Positions 1 through 11,723 are shown, counted from the first letter of the whole stretch. The stretch is DNA of 62,243 nt, filler included, from Basidiobolus ranarum (GCA_040143965.1; 27 parts of 27 records of this genome joined end to end with filler, not necessarily neighbours in it), one strand, 5' to 3'. Numbers and translations: made by a program. Notes: generated by a model from the sequence alone, not told the origin.

Positions 1-112
1 AAAAATTCCATCAAAAATGATGAAAATTAGCCAAATATGGCTCAAAATATGTCATTTGAAAGCCTTGAGTTCCCTTATCAATCTATGGTAGGTAGTTTGA
101 TCTATGCTATGT
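1..112 (+). mobile_element. Ty1/copia reverse transcriptase C-terminal remnant
   Basis: Translation FPYQSMVGSLIYAM matches the copia RT motif PY+S.VGSL.YAM; similarity ends after about 112. Confidence 0.7.
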
Positions 113-1229
113 GCTCTTATCACGCCCTCGGCCTATTTTATTATAGCTCATGTACGTTAAAACTCTTTCATGATAGTTCAACCTTATACAGGCCATCAAA
201 ATTGAGAGAGATAGTGAGCATTGTTGTAGCATTAGCTACAGATTCTCTCACTCCGTCCACTCTGAAGAGACCTGTTATGCCAGTGATTGAATTAAGCACA
301 GTCGTTGTATTACTCCAAAAGAAATGAAGGCTTGATTAGTCGTTGTCCTAAGCCATGGACATCAGTGCAGCAATGGCTTGAGATAATGCTTAATCCTGGT
401 ACCAAGCGCCCTGATTGATGTTTAGGATGCAATAACTATGTGACAGTTGTGTAATTAGCATGACTGTTATTATTTACGTGGACATCAAGCGAACGCTCTG
501 ATCCTGATCTCTGTAATCACAGTACAGTCAGTAAATAGATAGTAGGATTACTCAAGTAGTTGTGACCTATACAATGGGGTTATCAACAAAAGAAAGCTTT
601 TCACAAGGGCGCTAAATGTCTGCTTAAATTCAATGGTTAGAGACTCAAGTAGTATAGTGATACAATTATTCTTATAAGTAGACTAGGCCATTGGTAGGCA
701 CGTTAAATACCACGTGGAGTTGATGAAATGTTTCAATATACCCACTTAAGCAACATTATTTATGCAGCAAAATAATGACCGTTTCCAATTTCCTGTATTT
801 CTTAGTATTCATGAAGTATTAGCCAAAACTTTATCTGAGCTATGACTTATAGACATTTAATTCCCTAACCAATTCATAGTGCATCTCTTAAGAAACTAGC
901 AATTTACTGTTCAGAAGTGCGCTGATTTAGCTAGCTAGCAAAATATGAATAGAGCAAAATGCATATTTGTTCAGTTTCTCCAATGCTCTCTTTCCTAAAT
1001 ATTATGGCTTAGGAATAATATAATATCCATCCCTTAGAACAAAATAATTTTTGCTATATTCTAAGATTGCAATGTGATGAGGTTTTCACCTCATAAGCGT
1101 AATCCCAATTTTAGTCAAGTGTTTCTCTATATTTTAACGTTGCTTAAGATTAGCACATGGACTCACATGCCTATTAATATCTATATCAAGAATTGCAGCC
1201 TCTGCAAGCAATTTTGCATATTTTTTTAA

Positions 1230-1370
1230 CAATCTAGAAATATATATAAATAATGGTTGAACATATAATTCAAAACCATTGAAACACTTTTGCAAAGTTT
1301 GTGGAATTAAGCAAGAAGCTACTTCTCCCTTTTCATCTCAGCAAAATCAAGTTGCTTAAAGGGAAAACTA
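1230..1370 (+). mobile_element. Ty1/copia integrase core remnant
   Basis: Degenerate frame GIKQEATSPFSSQQNQVA*REN resembles GI.H+.TAPYTPQQNGVAER.N; cut by an LTR at 1371. Confidence 0.6.
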
Positions 1371-1700
1371 TGTTGAAGTACTTGGGAGCCTGTTGGAAGT
1401 GGTTTGGAGTATTTGAGAAATTGGTGGTTTTCACATGCTGATTTAATGAGTAGAAAACAGACATTTGTGGATTTGTCAGGATGTAGCCAAACTAACATGT
1501 AAAATGTACTAAGGAAGGTCTCAGGAACATGTGTGTAAATATATATATATTACTGAACTTCTGAGTTGGCAAAGATAATCCAAGCAAATTCCAATTGAGC
1601 ATGGTTGGTAGTATCTTAGTGAAATTCAAGATAACTAAATACTAAGCTAAATAAAACTATACAGGTGCTTAGGTAATGCTAATTTCAACACTCTCTCTCA
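1371..1700 (-). mobile_element. Copia LTR family A, 3' LTR (1371-1690) with polypurine tract (1691-1700)
   Basis: The minus strand reads TGAGAGAGAG then TGTTGAAATTAGC...TACTTCAACA. The same repeat recurs about 10 times in the window. Confidence 0.8.
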
Positions 1701-1738
1701 GCTAAATAGTCATTTATGCTGAACCTAAGGAGGTCTAA

Positions 1739-1819
1739 CCCTAACAAAAATACACTAGATTTAATCCAGCTTGGATCCACCCTTCTAAAGCACAACACCA
1801 TCTGAGAGCCATCACAATA
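1739..1819 (-). mobile_element. CMC/EnSpm DNA transposon right-end fragment
   Basis: CCCTAACAAAAATA...TTGGATCCACCC...CCATCACA is the reverse complement of the element ends at 4937 and 41136. Confidence 0.65.
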
Positions 1820-2222
1820 TGTTGAAATTAGCTTTATCTAAACATCTATATGGTCATACATAACTTAGTACTTAGTTATCTTATAGTTCACTAAGATATT
1901 ATCCATTATTCACAATCAGAATTTACTTAGAATATTTTTACCAACTTAGAAATCCTCAGATATATATATTTTTCAAACTTGTGCTAGAAGCCCCACACTT
2001 TGCATACATGTTCCTGGGACCTTCCTCAACATATTCTACATGTGAGTTTGCTTACATCTTGGCAAAACTATAAATGTCAACTTTCTACTTAAAAAATTAA
2101 TAAGTGAAAATCACCAATTCCTCTAATTCTCCAAACCACTTCCAACAGGCTCCCAAATACTTTAACAGGTTATGAGCCCCAAGCTTGCACTCTCTGTAAT
2201 GTCTACTTCTCAAATTTCTGGA
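1820..2222 (+). mobile_element. Copia family A 5' LTR (1820-2167), PBS (2168-2179) and start of gag
   Basis: TGTTGAAATTAGC...TACTTTAACA is followed directly by GGTTATGAGCCC, then MSPKLALSVMSTSQISG, homologous to the gag start near 34540. Confidence 0.85.
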
Positions 2223-2322
2223 NNNNNNNNNNNNNNNNNNNNNNNNNNNNNNNNNNNNNNNNNNNNTTAATTAATTAANNNNNNNNNNNNNNNNNNNNNN
2301 NNNNNNNNNNNNNNNNNNNNNN
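2223..2322. other. Artificial contig spacer (first of 26)
   Basis: N44-TTAATTAATTAA-N44, which gives stops in all six frames. The others start at 4545, 6865, 9184, 11501, 13817, 16132, 18446, 20759, 23071, 25382, 27693, 30002, 32310, 34617, 36923, 39228, 41533, 43836, 46139, 48441, 50743, 53044, 55345, 57645 and 59945. Confidence 0.98.
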
Positions 2323-2324
2323 TG

Positions 2325-2549
2325 CGTGTAGATGGCGACTTCCCACCTAACCAAGGTGTTGCTGTTACAGTCGAGAAACCGATGAATGCCGATGGTGAAG
2401 TTGGTTCGGTTTTAATTGCTAAAGGCTTGGTTAATTATTCAAGTAAGGAATTAAATCGTATCAAGAGAGTTAAAGACGTTGTTCCAGTCCTTGGCTATGG
2501 CGATTCCAATCGCGTTATAGAGAACGAAAACCTTGTTCTGCTTGTATAA
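2325..2549 (+). CDS. PRO1: Glutamate 5-kinase, C-terminal PUA domain (5' part cut by contig edge)
   Basis: Hand translation RVDGDFPPNQGVAV...LIAKGLVNYSSKELNRIKRVKDVVPVLGYGDSNRVIENENLVLLV* matches the ProB/Pro1 C-terminus (A+GLVNY.S.E+.+I...LGY...+I...NL). Absent from the ORF track. Confidence 0.8.
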   Translation, partial: RVDGDFPPNQGVAVTVEKPMNADGEVGSVLIAKGLVNYSSKELNRIKRVKDVVPVLGYGDSNRVIENENLVLLV

Positions 2550-2690
2550 ATTCCCCACCATCTTGTATTCTATTTTGTTATCAGTTTAAATTAAAATAAA
2601 CTATTACACATCCATCATATCATATACACTCGTAACTCTTATGCTGGAGAAATGGACAGTATGAGTGTTGAACACTTCAACAAACAGGTT

Positions 2691-3648
2691 TTAATTATCA
2701 AACTTAAGTTTTTCTTGTGCTAATGAGACAATACGCTCAACTTGCTCATCAAATGTCATATTGGAAGTGTCGACAACGATGGCATCTTTGGCCTTCTTCA
2801 ATGGTGAAATCTTCCTAGTCATATCCGCGTGATCTCTTTCTAGCAGTTCCTTCAAAATTGTATCATACGAGCCCTCAAGGTTTTTGGCTTTCATTTCTTG
2901 ATAACGACGCTCTGCACGTACCTTGGCATCAGCTTGTAAGTAAATTTTGAGCTCAGCATCAGGGAACACTACAGTAGTCACATCTCGTCCATCCATTACA
3001 ATTCCCTTTGTGTTCTGATCACGATGGTTCTCTCCTTGGCCCATAGCTCTTTGTTTTGTCAGCAGTGCAGCACGTACCTCTGGATTTTTAGCGATCCCTC
3101 CAATATTACGTGTAATGTCCGAGGTACGAATAAGTTCGCTAACATCTTCACTATCCATGAATACTCTTGTAATCGGCAGAGCATTCGGAGTTGTACTAGG
3201 AGTTGTCACAAGTTGAAGAGAAATCGACTGAGCCAAAGTCGCAATCTTGCTATCGTTTTCTGATAAAGAAGGATCAAGTCGCTCTCTAAGTGCTTTGAGT
3301 GTGACCTAGGTTAAAGAATTAGAAAGTAGGATTTGGAGTCAGAATAGTTGCGTATCAATACCGAACGATACATTGCCCCTACAGAAGTAGAAATTATATA
3401 AGGTGAATAATTTAGATTTGAAGTTCACCATGAGAAATACTGAACACTCACCGGAGTCAATGTAGTTGAAACCTAATCTCTGTGCGACCATTTTAGCGGT
3501 AGAGCCTGTGATATTTTCAGTAACCGCCTTACAAATGTTTTCAAGTTCTTAAATAAAACTCACTTTTACCACTAGCAGCAGGTCCGTCAATGGCAACACG
3601 AAACAAAGTCTTGGAGGTGGTAGTACCGAATCTTCTTATGTATTCCAT
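2691..3648 (-). CDS. cmk: Bacterial-type cytidylate kinase (Cmk), 4 exons, about 256 aa
   Basis: Exons 3564-3648, 3452-3505, 3362-3378 and 2691-3305. GT-AG introns of 58, 73 and 56 nt preserve the frame. Motifs VAIDGPAASGKSS, LGFNYIDSGAMYR, IVMDGRDVTTVVFPDAELKIYL, RD..D..R.ISPL and VDTS. Confidence 0.92.
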
Positions 3649-4360
3649 TGCCAAGTTGTATAGTTTGTCGGGTTGTTCAATGAACTTAATTAGTGCAAAG
3701 CTTTTACTGGGTTTACTTCGATTTAATGTTGTCCAATTGTGATAATTGACTGGTGGATTTTGAGATGTAGATATATAAAATTAGAAATGAAAAACTTATC
3801 AAAAATCATTCAAGTTTGCTAAGTTAGTCTTCATAGAAAAAGGGTGGTATATGAGTCTTCCATGTATCCCCATTATGAGCATATCCAAATATGCAAACAG
3901 CCTCTCACCTGGATATAGATATACACAAGAAACAGTTTTAATCTTAATAGTCCCATTGCAGCTCTCTCCATAATTCAACCTTTACACTTTGATTGAGTTT
4001 AGGTTTATACCTGACTGTGATAGCAAAATGAAATTATAGTACACTTGGTAGATCCAAGAGGGAAACTGCACTGTGATCTGGCTTAACTAGCAACATCATA
4101 CTTTACAACCTTTAAAGAGTGTATAGTCCTAGTAATTGTCTATCTGTGTGGTGATATGTAAGTGAGTGTTTGGTCAGAACGGTGTGCCTTTGTCGTCATT
4201 ATTGATATGTAGTAGTCATTGAGTATGGACTTTATGAAGTGTATTTGTACATGCTTACCTGTCATTTGAACAATACCGCCTACACTCTATCAGTTTCGCT
4301 CCTAGCTCTAGTCCTAATCTCGTGCTTACTAAGAATCAGCTGGAATACAAGTTATCAGAC

Positions 4361-4544
4361 TGTTGAAATTAGCATTGCCTAAACACCTATATAGTCATAC
4401 ATAGCTTAGTACTTGGTTATCTTATATTTCACTAAGATATTACCCATTATTCTCAATCGGAATTTACTTAGAAGTTCTCAGATATATAGATTTTTCAAAG
4501 AAGCCCCAAACTTTGCACACATGTTCCTGGGACCTTCCTTAACA
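4361..4544 (+). mobile_element. Copia LTR family A, partial
   Basis: Starts TGTTGAAATTAGCATTGCCTAAACACC and runs to the contig end. Confidence 0.8.
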
Positions 4545-4644
4545 NNNNNNNNNNNNNNNNNNNNNNNNNNNNNNNNNNNNNNNNNNNNTTAATTAATTAA
4601 NNNNNNNNNNNNNNNNNNNNNNNNNNNNNNNNNNNNNNNNNNNN

Positions 4645-4937
4645 CCTAAAATATCTAAATAAAGGCATCCATATTAATTCAAATTCCTACAGCAGTAAAC
4701 CCAGTAATTTGCCATCTGAAAATTATATTTTTGCAAAAATTGCCGGATAATGAACAGCACATGCCAAACTTGAGAATCAATACTTTAACATGTATGAATA
4801 CTATTAAGACACCACCATCACACCATCAAAATTTGTGGCAGAATGCAAGCCACTGAAATTGTGATGGTTCTCTGATGGTTTTGCTATATTGGAGGGTGGA
4901 TCCAATTGGGATCAAATTGATTTTATTTTTGTCAGGG
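4645..4937 (+). mobile_element. CMC transposon right end
   Basis: Homologous to 40835-41136; ends TTTTTGTCAGGG. Confidence 0.7.
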
Positions 4938-4944
4938 TATTTTG

Positions 4945-5139
4945 TTGAATCTTGTCCAAATGACCTCAAATTTTCACCCATGCTTAACAGGCATGTTTGT
5001 TATGATCTAGCACATCCAATACCTCTTTTTCACAGTACACTTTAAATAGGACATATTCAATTCAGTAAGACACATGTGCCTAAGTCACAAATCTTAATCT
5101 TGTCCAAATCACTTCCAAATTCCCTAAACACTTTGATCA
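4945..5139 (+). mobile_element. Copia LTR family B, 3' half
   Basis: Matches 52640-52819 (ATGCTTAACAGGCATGTTTGTTATGATCT...CACTTCCAAAT). Confidence 0.7.
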
Positions 5140-5284
5140 GCATTGTGTTGGCCAATGGCCTCATCTTCTTCTCTAGGCTGTTATACTGCTCTGCAGGATA
5201 AGGCACTATGTTTTCCTTGTTGGCTACCTGTTCAATATGTAATCACAAAATCAAAGCTTGCAAGAAATAATGACTATCTAGCTT

Positions 5285-6325
5285 GATGGTGGTTGAGAAC
5301 TTTAGTTGCACTAAAGCACTGAAGATGCTTATGATCACAATAGACTGTACCATATGATTTGCTCCATCCAAGTATTGTTGCCATTGTTCAAATGCAGCAA
5401 TAGTTGCTAACAGTTCCTTGTCATATACATCATAGTTGATTTCTGCTGCAGAGGACTTTCACAAGTAAAAGGCAATAGGGTGCATTATGTTGTCTTCACA
5501 TTACTGTGATCGTACTGCTCCTATAGCAAAGTCAGATATGTCAGTTTCAACAATGAACAATATCTCTGGTTTTGGGTGTACCAAGATTGGGTACAGAGGT
5601 AAAAGCATTCTTTACAGTTACAAACACTTCTTGACAAGATGTGGTCCATTCATATGGGAGTTCATTCTTGGTAAGGTCTGTTAATGGAGCAGATATTTGG
5701 AATAGTTCTCAACAAACCATTGGTAAAAGCTTGCAAACACAAGTAAAGACTGGACATCCTTTGCATTCTTGGGATTCATGATGATACCTGATGAGCTGAT
5801 GTTAAATTCAAGAAATTCAAGTTGAGCTTGATTAAATTCACATTTCTCAAGTTTAGCATAGAGACCAGAGGTTTTCAACTTTTCCAGTACTTGGGAAATA
5901 AGAACATTATATTTTTCTGGAGAGTTTGCAAAGATCAAGATATCATCAAGGTAGATTACTACAAACTGGTCATGATACTGTCAGAAGATATCATTCTTCA
6001 TGTATTGGCAGACTGCAGGAGCATTTGTAAGTCCAAATGACATGATAATATATTCAAAGTATCTCTAGCAAGTTCAAAAGGCAGCCTTACATTGGTCTTC
6101 TGGTTAAATTCTTACAAGATTCTGAAACCTCTTAAATTGATCTTTGTAAATATTTAGGCCATGACAAGCTGATCCAAGAGTGAGTTAATTTATGGCAAAG
6201 GGTACTGGTGTTTGACTGTAAAGCCATTTGGGCCTCAATAATCAACACATAGATGGAGTGATCCATCCTTTTTTTTTGCAAATAAGTTTGGAGAGCCTGC
6301 CAGAGACTTTGAATATTGGTTAAAT
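5285..6325 (-). mobile_element. Ty3/gypsy RT-RNase H remnant (degenerate)
   Basis: SKSLAGSPNLFAKKKDGSLHLCVDY, LYAKLEKCEF, ETD.SDFAIGAV and EINYDVYDKELLA motifs with stops and frameshifts; same family as 46239-48063. Confidence 0.85.
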
Positions 6326-6340
6326 CATGAGCCTTGAGAT

Positions 6341-6864
6341 ACCCGATGAATTTTATGTCTTTATCATATTTGTTGTCACTATCATTATACACCTAACTAT
6401 TTCATATATAATATATAAGTTGGTTACCTTACTTAGTCAAATATCACTTAACTGCAAATTGGAACATATTTTATATATATATATGTGAGCAATGTGAGAA
6501 TTAGCAATTCCGTATTTGAAATTTCAAACTCATCCAAATTGCCCCAAATATAGCTCATTTTACTTCCACAGATGTTCTGAACATAACCCCAGTGTTAGGT
6601 TTCTGTATTTCCACCAAAATGTATAAATGCTTTGTTTCTGGAAAATAAATAACTATCTCACAAAGTTATTCACAACTCCACTTTTCTAAAGTTCCTCCAA
6701 ACAGCCAATATTTTCCCAACTGGTTATGAGCCCCATGTCTAATCTTTGCAGCTTGACAGAAACCACTACTACCACTTTTATTAACTCAAGTGTTGAAAAG
6801 CTTGATGGAGAAAATTACAATTTCTGGAAGTTCAAGATGCAAATCATGCTGGAAGACAGGGAGC
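6341..6864 (+). mobile_element. Copia LTR family C 5' LTR, PBS (6722-6733) and gag start
   Basis: The repeat is shared with 20498-20758. GGTTATGAGCCC is followed by gag motif VEKLDGENYNFWKFKMQIMLEDR. Confidence 0.8.
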
Positions 6865-6964
6865 NNNNNNNNNNNNNNNNNNNNNNNNNNNNNNNNNNNN
6901 NNNNNNNNTTAATTAATTAANNNNNNNNNNNNNNNNNNNNNNNNNNNNNNNNNNNNNNNNNNNN

Positions 6965-7275
6965 CCAAAACTGAGGTGGTAATAAGCTTGTAGGTAGGAG
7001 CTTCCTTCATCAATTTGTCCAAAGTGGCTTGATCGAAGACGACCAAGTTGTTGGCCTTATCCTTGACCTTTCCCTTGGACCACTTCTTCTTGGTCTTCTT
7101 TCCTCCAGAGCTGGGCTTAGCAGGGGCGTCCTTCTTAGCCTAAAAGATGAATAAGAACTTAGTCTGGATGATTTGGAAGAGCAGGTGTTGACTCGAGGAA
7201 AGTCGGAATCATGATAGTATGATCAAATAGGATGTATGGATGGAACCGAAAATAATGGATTGGAGTACGTACCAT
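6965..7275 (-). CDS. RPS25: 40S ribosomal protein S25 (eS25), 3' end cut by contig edge
   Basis: ATG-only exon 7273-7275 and intron 7140-7272 (GTACGT...TTTTAG). Exon 2 encodes [58 protein letters not shown]. Absent from the ORF track. Confidence 0.93.
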
Positions 7276-8949
7276 GATTAAACTTGATTAATGACAGAGA
7301 GAAAGATACAAAATGCCGTTTCAGTGCCTTAAAAAGTACCCAACCTTCGATTTGCCAGAAAATTTCCAAAGTTCTCATCTGGAGATTCTCACTGATGGCA
7401 GGGGCTCCAAATACCCTTGTGTAAGAATCACCATATAATGAGGTAAGCATCATGTACATACAGTATATAGATAGTATTTATCTGAGTAGATCATGACTCA
7501 GGTTCTGATTTATTGACTAACATGAAATAAGAGTTAATCGTGATTAAATTAAACCATTTCTGCGTTGACGCGATAAATTAGTCTTATTTTCTGTCTAACA
7601 GCATGTCTTGGATTAACAGGATTCTTCACTTTTTCTTGTTCACCGAGAACTTTAGGTATTTGTAGCCCCTTGAATTCTTTAGTAACTATTCAGACTCACC
7701 ACGAGATTCTTTTAAATTACTAGAATATACAGAATAAATGAATGGCTTGGAGCATATCCACAACTTGAGCATGTATACTTTTCAGTCAACAGAAATGTGT
7801 TGAACCGCAGTGAGGTCTCAGGAGAAATTTTGATTTAAGTTTCGTAATTGGAATTCTGGTTGACTGTAGATAGAATCGAAGCCAAAACACGATTCACCTT
7901 TTACCAACATTTTTATCGACCTATCGAGCTAAGTGACGATCACTGAGTGTTTGGAATTATTCTTACTCTGTCACGAAACATTCAGAACGCATATTTGCTG
8001 AAGTATTGGCTTGTGTTAAGATACTAGAGACATAGAGATGAATGCTTCGTAGTATATTGTGTTATAATTATAGAGACACAAGCTTGTTGAAATAGGAAGT
8101 TTAGTGCTACAAGAGATTCTATGCATAGATATATTTCTTTAGTTTCAAGAATAAATGCTACATCATATGCTTAATAGCTTCCATGGAATTGTCAATGCTT
8201 GTACTACAGGAAAGACATATTTAACGTTGGAAATATGAAGTCCAACGGTTTCTTGATTTGATTTTCATATATTTTCCAAATGGCGGGCTACTTATTTAAT
8301 GGATTATATTTGACCTGAACCAATTCTAAACACATTCTGGTTGTACTGAATGTGTTCAAGTGCAGCACTGCTTGTAGCTTATCAAAAACTCAATATTTTT
8401 CCTTGAAAGCATACTGTTTCGTAAAATACTACATGAGAGTAAGTATTGATTGCAATTGTCGACGGCTATGTGTGTTTGATCATAGAAAGTGTAAGGTCTG
8501 GAAGTATAGGTAGGTTCACTATTGTAAAGGAGAATGCAATGGATGGGAGAGCATCTCTCAAGGTTTTGCCATGTTTATATATCAGGAGGAACTTGGATGA
8601 TTCAGATTGGAAAACATATATAGATATAGATTTGGAAACAATTGTTCCTAAATCTATTTTATTTATAGCACTCCCAACGGCTTAGTCAATACTTATCACA
8701 TTTTCAAAGGTTGATTATAAAGCAGGTGACTGGATCTTACCACCTAGAAAGAATGGTGGTGCTATTAATAAATCTAAATAGCAGCCTACAGTAAATCTTC
8801 AATATATTGATGGCTATTTATATATAGCAACATCATTTGTACCCTGAATCAAGGAAGGCCCATTTAAGTTTGCTTAATCAATAGTATACAGGTGCTCATG
8901 AGCAGTAATGTACTGATCAGAAAGTAGTGACAGCCATCACTGTACAATA

Positions 8950-9183
8950 TGTTAAAGTATTTGGGAGCCTGTTGGAAGTGGTTTGGAGAGTTTGAGAAAT
9001 TGGTGGTTTTCACTTATTGAGTTATTGAGTAAAAAGGTGACATTTATAGTTTTGTCAAGATGTAAACAAACTAACATGTAGGATATGTTAAGGAAGGCCC
9101 CAGGAACATGTGTGCAAAGTTTGGGGCTTCTAGCACAAGTTTGAAAAAATCTATATATATGAGAACTTCGAAGTTGGTAAAAT
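8950..9183 (-). mobile_element. Copia LTR family A, partial
   Basis: TGTTAAAGTATTTGGGAGCCTGTTGGAAGTGG on the + strand, running to the contig end. Confidence 0.8.
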
Positions 9184-11046
9184 NNNNNNNNNNNNNNNNN
9201 NNNNNNNNNNNNNNNNNNNNNNNNNNNTTAATTAATTAANNNNNNNNNNNNNNNNNNNNNNNNNNNNNNNNNNNNNNNNNNNNCCAAAAAATAATAACTT
9301 GCATTATACTAGCTATATCAAGTTGCGCTATTCTTGTTATGGTAACGTTTACACAATCTGGGTGAGAATGCGACTTGAATGGCCTGGTGGATGGTAACAG
9401 ACAGCAATACAGGTATTCTAAACCATTTACTTTTGGCGATATTACTTGAGCACACTTGCGTACGGTGTTTAAGTTCACTGAAACCTTCTCAAATTAGTCA
9501 ATTCTGGAGTACAATTTAGAGGAGAAAAAATTGGCTAAAGGATATGGGAAATCCGAGGAAGTTTGTAGTTTGTGACAGTCATTTCCAATGTAACTGGTTA
9601 GCTGAGTTGGCCTAGATCTGAAAGAGTTTGGGGCTATATATCTGATAAGCGATGAGAGAAAATGAAAGAAACCGATCAAATATATATTCCAAACTTGACG
9701 CTTTCTTGTTTCTATATTGCTTGCTTATATTCATATCTTGTATTTTGTCACTCCGATAGATCTAGATCTTTAAATTATCTATATATTATCAATATATTAT
9801 GTAATTGCAACCTGGTTATTATTAAGCAAGAAGCATATTTATTTGAAGTATCTCGATTTAACAGATTCCACTAAATAGATCTCAGTCTGGGATGTTCAAG
9901 TTTATTCTGCTCAGTCAAGTATTATATTCCCACCCTAACATCTAATTTTGTCATGTTTGTGGGCTATATATATTCGAGTTCACAGCCAATTCAAACACCA
10001 ATATTGCATACCAAAAATGGGATTTTGTATGTGTGTTGTGTTACGGAGTATGTCATGGGATCAGGCGCAAGTGTATCTAAGTAAAAAAGAGAAAGCGTAC
10101 TTCAGAATGCAACTGACCACAACATTGTCAAAGTAGCTAACAAAAGGTACGCAATCGTGCCAGCAATTGGAATCAGGGTGCATACCATTAGCTCGACAAC
10201 TTTGCTACATTATTGAATGTAACAGTACGTAGAGAAATATTTGTTAAAGAGATGTCTAGTTTGTTCCTAATATTAGATATTTCATGTGCTTAGTATGTTT
10301 TCGATCTCAGTTAAGCTTCTTTCTTGATAGGTGGCAATATAGATTGTTTCTGAATAGGCGGTAATATGATTAGATTCATGTTAATACTTTCATAACAATC
10401 ACTGTAATAGGTTGGATCCATTGTTATTCCTTTATGGTGATTTCTGTTCCAGTGAGCCAGGTTCGATCTTTAGAGGCCAGACGATCTATGCGATCTAGAT
10501 CGATTTCAATGCTATTGTACCAATACAACTGAATTTATTGATGAACTCAATAATATTGTTTGACCATTTCCTCATTGTATTTGGCCATAATCTTTGTAAA
10601 GGGTAATAGCAGCCATGAAATATTCTCAGTAGCACTCATTGAGTAATTCGTAGTAGAATCACGTTTTACTAGTATTTACTTAATGCTAGATGGACAAAAC
10701 TTGGTTAGAGTCCTGAGTTTTTGGCATTTGCTCTACATGACATCTGGTTTGATGTTAGTTTCAACAAAGGATATACATCAACAGTGTGCATCTGGTAAAA
10801 TGAGCCCATTTAATGCTAGTGATGTATGCTTGATCTTAGTGTATTAGGCTTATATAGACTAGTAGTACCCACCTAATGATATACTTCATTGTAGATACTC
10901 TGATCTCTGCAGAAACCGTAATATCCATTAAGATGGTTTTATATGAACAATATGTACCAATAATTCATAGAATTTAGCTTCTTGTTGACTTGAATTTCTT
11001 CAACCAGAGAATGCTTATATTATGACCTGTAAGTTATAGATGTAGT

Positions 11047-11391
11047 TGTTAAAGTATTTGGGAGCCCGTTGGAAGTGGTTTGGAGAATTAGAGAAATTGG
11101 TGGTTTTCACTTATTGATTTATTGAGTATTCAGTTGGCATTTATAGTTTTGTCAAGATGTAAACAAAGTAACATGCAAAATGTGTTAAAGAAGATCCCAG
11201 AAACATGTGTACAAAGTTTGGGGCTTCTAGCACAAGTTTGAAAAATCTATATATCTTCAAACTTCTAAGTTGGTGTCAGTATTCAAAGTAAATTCCTTAT
11301 AAGAATAATGGGTAATATCTTAGTGTAATATAAGATAACTAAGTACTAAGCTATATATGACTATATAGGTGTTTAGGCAATGCTAATTTCA
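11047..11391 (-). mobile_element. Copia LTR family A, near-complete solo copy
   Basis: Collinear with the reverse complement of 1820-2167; one terminus eroded. Confidence 0.8.
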
Positions 11392-11600
11392 CTTTATAAA
11401 TCTAAAACAAATAATTATAACAAATATAAGCAAAATAGAATAACTTTCCTTACACACTACACTGATGAATATTCGCAAACTACAGGTGCTGAATACATCC
11501 NNNNNNNNNNNNNNNNNNNNNNNNNNNNNNNNNNNNNNNNNNNNTTAATTAATTAANNNNNNNNNNNNNNNNNNNNNNNNNNNNNNNNNNNNNNNNNNNN

Positions 11601-11723
11601 AGTTTGTTTACATCTTGACAAAACTATAAATGTCAACTTTCTACTCAATAAATCAATAAGTGAAAACCACCAATTACTCTAATTCTCCAAACCACTTCCA
11701 ACAGGCTCCCAGATACTTTAACA
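11601..11723 (+). mobile_element. Copia LTR family A, 3' part
   Basis: Ends CCAACAGGCTCCCAGATACTTTAACA; no PBS follows. Confidence 0.75.

Noticed and set aside
2267-2278. TTAATTAATTAA recurring every 2.3 kb or so, which resembles a regularly spaced array
   Set aside because: It is always centred in N44/N44 padding. It is an assembly linker, not a CRISPR array or biological repeat.
2691-3236. ORF-track cmk as a bacterial contaminant or endosymbiont gene
   Set aside because: The ORF is only part of exon 4. Three spliceosomal introns upstream supply the P-loop.
9284-9304. Possible start of a secreted protein (ATG CAA GTT ATT ATT TTT TGG, minus strand) at a contig edge
   Set aside because: Only 7 codons are visible, so it cannot be supported.
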